A stretch of 61,334 bases of DNA, the filler included. It is 14 parts of 14 records of this genome, joined end to end, with 100 filler letters (N's around TTAATTAATTAA, not from the genome) between each part and the next. Parts side by side here need not be neighbours in the genome. Positions count along the whole stretch, not along the records: positions 57,605 to 61,334 come from SRR15195285_6737; 13 more parts are not named here. One strand, written 5' to 3'. How positions within the stretch are numbered: position 1 is the stretch's first letter; every line of letters begins with the position of its first letter. The translations under genes and the position numbers were made by a program. This document shows positions 57,899 through 61,334 of this stretch, piece by piece. The notes under the pieces were generated by a model, which had not been told where the DNA came from, did no database searches, and worked only from the letters and a program-made list of their open reading frames with translations.

Positions 57899-60800
57899 AT
57901 GCCAGCGCTCTTTTGTCTGGCAACGGTGGTGTTGGCTGGTAGCGCCTCTGCAGGGATTGCTGGTACACCAGGAGGGGTCACGCTTGCCACAGACTGCGCC
58001 ATCCGCACAGAGGTCTGGCGTGCTGCAAGCAAAGTTTTGCCTCGTTCGAAAGGGTTCGCAGGCATGTATGACGCGCTGCAGCTGCAACTGTGTGGGGAGA
58101 AAGGCACCGCTGCAAGTCCTGTACGCCCAGCCGCAAATACGGGCTGGCAGCCACACAGTACTAATCGCATTCCTCAGCGTGGTGGCTTTGTTGTGTACGC
58201 AAATGCCGAGCGTGGCAGCGACGACGCTGCGGGGACCATTGCAGCTCCCCTGCGCACTATCGAGGCAGCTGTCAGCGCTGTGCGGAAACATCGCAGTTTG
58301 TCTCAGTTGTACTCTGCAACAGCAGCACCATCATCTGGCACAAACGCGACCATAGTACTCCGAGCAGGTACCTACTATGTAGATCAGCCGATCACGCTGT
58401 CTGCTGCAGATTCGTGGCTCACAATCACGAGCTTTGAACATGAGCGCGTAGAGGTGTCCGGCGGAGTCCCCCTGGGTGATCTTGAGTGGAAACTGCAGAG
58501 GGATGGCGCGGCAGCTGCCGGTGGCACCGCTGGAGCTCCGGTCTGGACGATGCACAACAACACCAACAATGTTTTTGGCGAGGTGCGGCCTGGACGTGAC
58601 GGGAAAGACGGTTGTGTGTATATCGCCACGACGGAGAGCGTAGCTAGTTGCGAGCAAGCACTCGCGGCCTCTCCCAAGCGACCAAAGGGCGGCTGGAAAT
58701 CTTTTACGTGGCAGCCGCTCACCGCAGGACAGTTTGCTGGCCAATGTTATGGCTTAACGACAGACCACTGGGCTCCTCATCATCAGCTGGGTTTTGTATC
58801 CGGTAGGCACAGCGCTGTGCCGCCGCCACCACCGAAGCTACCAATTGCCGTAACCAAGGTGCCGCCGAGCGTGCGGGGGCAGATTACTGGGCTGCGAGTG
58901 AATGGCTCTCGTGCTATCCGGGCTCGATTTCCGAACATCCGGAGCACCGAGTCTCAACCGTATGCTGCTGCAGGTCCACTCACTGGCTATGTCACGGCAA
59001 AGACCGAGTGGAAACCTCCGCACCCAGCTTCACCGCCCACCGACATCGTCGTGACACAGCTGGATTTTCCATCAGTCGAATGGGTGAGGCCACATCACAG
59101 GCTGTCTTGCCCAAACGTTTTGCAGCTCACGAAATGCCTTGTGCGCTGTGGCCTGCTGCCAATGGTTGCAGCCAATGAATGCCAGTGAGGTTGACTCCAC
59201 TGTCCCAGGAGTGCCACCGAGTGAAACTGGCGCAGGTGACCAAGGAGAGTTCGTCATTGGATCAGGTGGTCCATGTGCTGGCGATCTAGTCCCGAGCTAC
59301 GGCTACTCGTGCAGCGTCAACGGTGGTCCACGAGGCGCTGGGCAGCACATGCACCCGTCGGGACTTGCAAATCTGGAGCAGCTGCCACATGCGCCATACA
59401 AAAACGCAAGCGGGGCAGTACTGCATGCGTGGCGCCCATCCCATTGGTTTACGGTGCAATACACGGTATCACAGAAGGTCTCGCTTGATATCGATCGTAG
59501 CGTGGTATTTTCGGGCGACATCGACATCAACGAAGGACGCACGGGCGACGCCGTTGGTAGTCTAGAATTTGAAAGAGGGGGGTTCCAAGGTGCAGAGGGC
59601 TTCAGTTCAAATGCGGAATGGTGGATTGAGGGGGTGGAGGAGGAGCTCGATGCGCAGGTAAGAATCAGTTTGCTAGGATGTTTTGGCATGCGAGGTAGTG
59701 CATTTTGCAGATTGTCGTTCAACTCGGATCGCATGGTTGCGATTGAAGCTGGCCAACCGCTCGGTTGTGGCATGACCGTGCTTATATAGAGTGAGTTCCA
59801 TCACGACGAGGTATCGCAGCAGTTGAAGTACATCACCAACGGCACACAGGCACTACCATCGGGCGACACAGTTTTCGAGGCTACTCGTCATCGGTGTCTC
59901 TTCAACCTCAGTGGCTCGTCTCAGGCTCCAGTGCAAGGGGTGACGCTGCAAGGCTTGGTGATAAAGGACACCAGAGAGAGCTTCTTGGAGGACCACGGCA
60001 CCCCCACTGGTGGAGACTGGTATGCATGGATTGACTCACTCTCGACTCTGCGCTTGACTCACTGCATGTAGTATTGTTCTGACACGGACTGCTGCCACAC
60101 TCAGGGCGTTGCCATACGTTGCAGCCGTTGTATTGGAAGGTGTTGAGAGCGTGCGCATCGCTGACTGCCTGTTCACCCGGCTGGATGGTATTGCCATCGA
60201 GCTACTCGGCTACAGTCGTGGGGTTCAAATTTTGGGCAATGACTTCGAATTCTTGGGAGCGAGTGCAATAGTCCTTTGGGGCAGGAGTTCGACCGCACTC
60301 GACGAGAGTGGTGCGCTGTCATGGTCGACCACCCATTCGATGGATGTTTTGACTCGACAGTTTTGCTGAGACTTGTTGTGGTTGTCCAGGCAAGCGGCAG
60401 CTTCCATCCGTGTTTCACCCACAAGGACCAGACAGCCGTGAGCTTGACGTGCCACTTGATACGGAAATAGAAGGAAATGAAGCACACGACCTCGGTCTCT
60501 GGCAGAAGCAGTCGTCATTGGTGTTCCAGGCGATGGCAGCACGCACGATCATGCGTCGCAACGTGGCTTATAATCTCCCAAGGGCTGCAATCAATCTGAA
60601 TGATGACCACGGTGGTGGCGATGTGATTGAGGCAAACGTCCTCGCGAATGCCGTTCGTGAGAGTGGTGACCATGGTAAGTCTCTCAGCAACTACCGGTAT
60701 ACGTGGTCTATCGATCTAAGAGGCTTCTAAGCAACTGTACATGGTGAACAGGCCCGATTAATTCATGGTCACGGTTGCCTTACATTACCCCAATCCGCAA

Positions 60801-61329
60801 CGGCAGCATGAGCATTCTACCAAAGCCGCGCGTGATTCAGGGAAACGTCATCCTAGGCACGTACAGTAGCCAGGAATGTATTGATAATGATGACGGATCC
60901 GCGTATTACAACACGACAGGCAACGTGTTGATCTACGCGCAGTACGGCATGAAGTCGTCTTTTGGTGGCTGGCAAAACCATCACACACACAATTTGTACG
61001 TGATGGTATGTGCAGCGTATGGAGAAGGAGCGGACGATGTGTTCACGAACAACACCGTAGTGGCACGCGCGCACACAGGATGCCAGTTCTGGCCAACGTA
61101 TGCGTCGGATGCACCAACGCGGTTCGGGCCGGCGGCGGTCAATTTTCGCGTAGGTGGCAACACTATCATGAGTGAGAAGCCTGTAATGGTTGGTGCAACA
61201 CAGAACACGAGCTTGACAGCATGGCAGGCGCTTGGCCACGACCTAGGTACGAGAGAGGGTGCTCTCCCAACGGATGAGGAATTGCAGATGCTCATCCGGA
61301 ACCGGCTCGGGCGCACGTGGCCAGCATAG
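57899..61329 (+). CDS. Secreted right-handed beta-helix CAZyme-like protein (GH141-like) with PAN/Apple-like insert; multi-exon
   Basis: Signal peptide; GSDDAAGTIAAPLRTI, LRAGTYY, RARFPN, WWIEGVEEELD, PRAAINLND, RESGDHG, IDNDDGS. Confidence 0.78.
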
Positions 61330-61334
61330 CAACA

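Noticed and set aside
18384-61329. Apparent polysaccharide-utilisation cluster (GH76, GH32-like, GH3, GH141-like)
   Set aside because: The genes lie on three different contigs; only GH76 and the GH32-like gene are physically linked

Overview
Eukaryotic, GC-rich, intron-containing DNA. It looks like a heterotrophic marine protist; the EP repeats and the many secreted CAZymes are reminiscent of Picozoa single-cell gene models, but that assignment is unverified. The window is not one locus. It consists of 14 short contigs joined by artificial 100-nt spacers (N44-TTAATTAATTAA-N44), so adjacency across a spacer means nothing. About 24 genes can be modelled with spliceosomal introns, and most contigs carry a tail-to-tail gene pair. 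Recognisable products: nucleolin-like RNA-binding protein, ABCA half-transporter, ankyrin-SAM protein, SLC26/SulP, Myb-SDR fusion, F-box/LRR, GH76, GH32-like, M24 peptidase, PhyH-like dioxygenase, nucleoside hydrolase, a beta-helix/multi-TM receptor-like protein with an ADP-ribosyltransferase domain, PHTF, GH3-PA14, IQ protein and a GH141-like beta-helix protein. Most notable are (1) the receptor-like membrane protein with an ART effector domain, (2) two ~77% identical introns in one gene (introner-like), (3) a DFR/CCR-type reductase flanked by three Myb repeats, (4) an ABCA carrying a SUEL lectin domain, and (5) a secretory 2OG-Fe oxygenase fused to a thioredoxin-like domain. No rRNA, tRNA, CRISPR array or transposase was recognised. 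All family calls come from motif recognition by eye, not from database searches.
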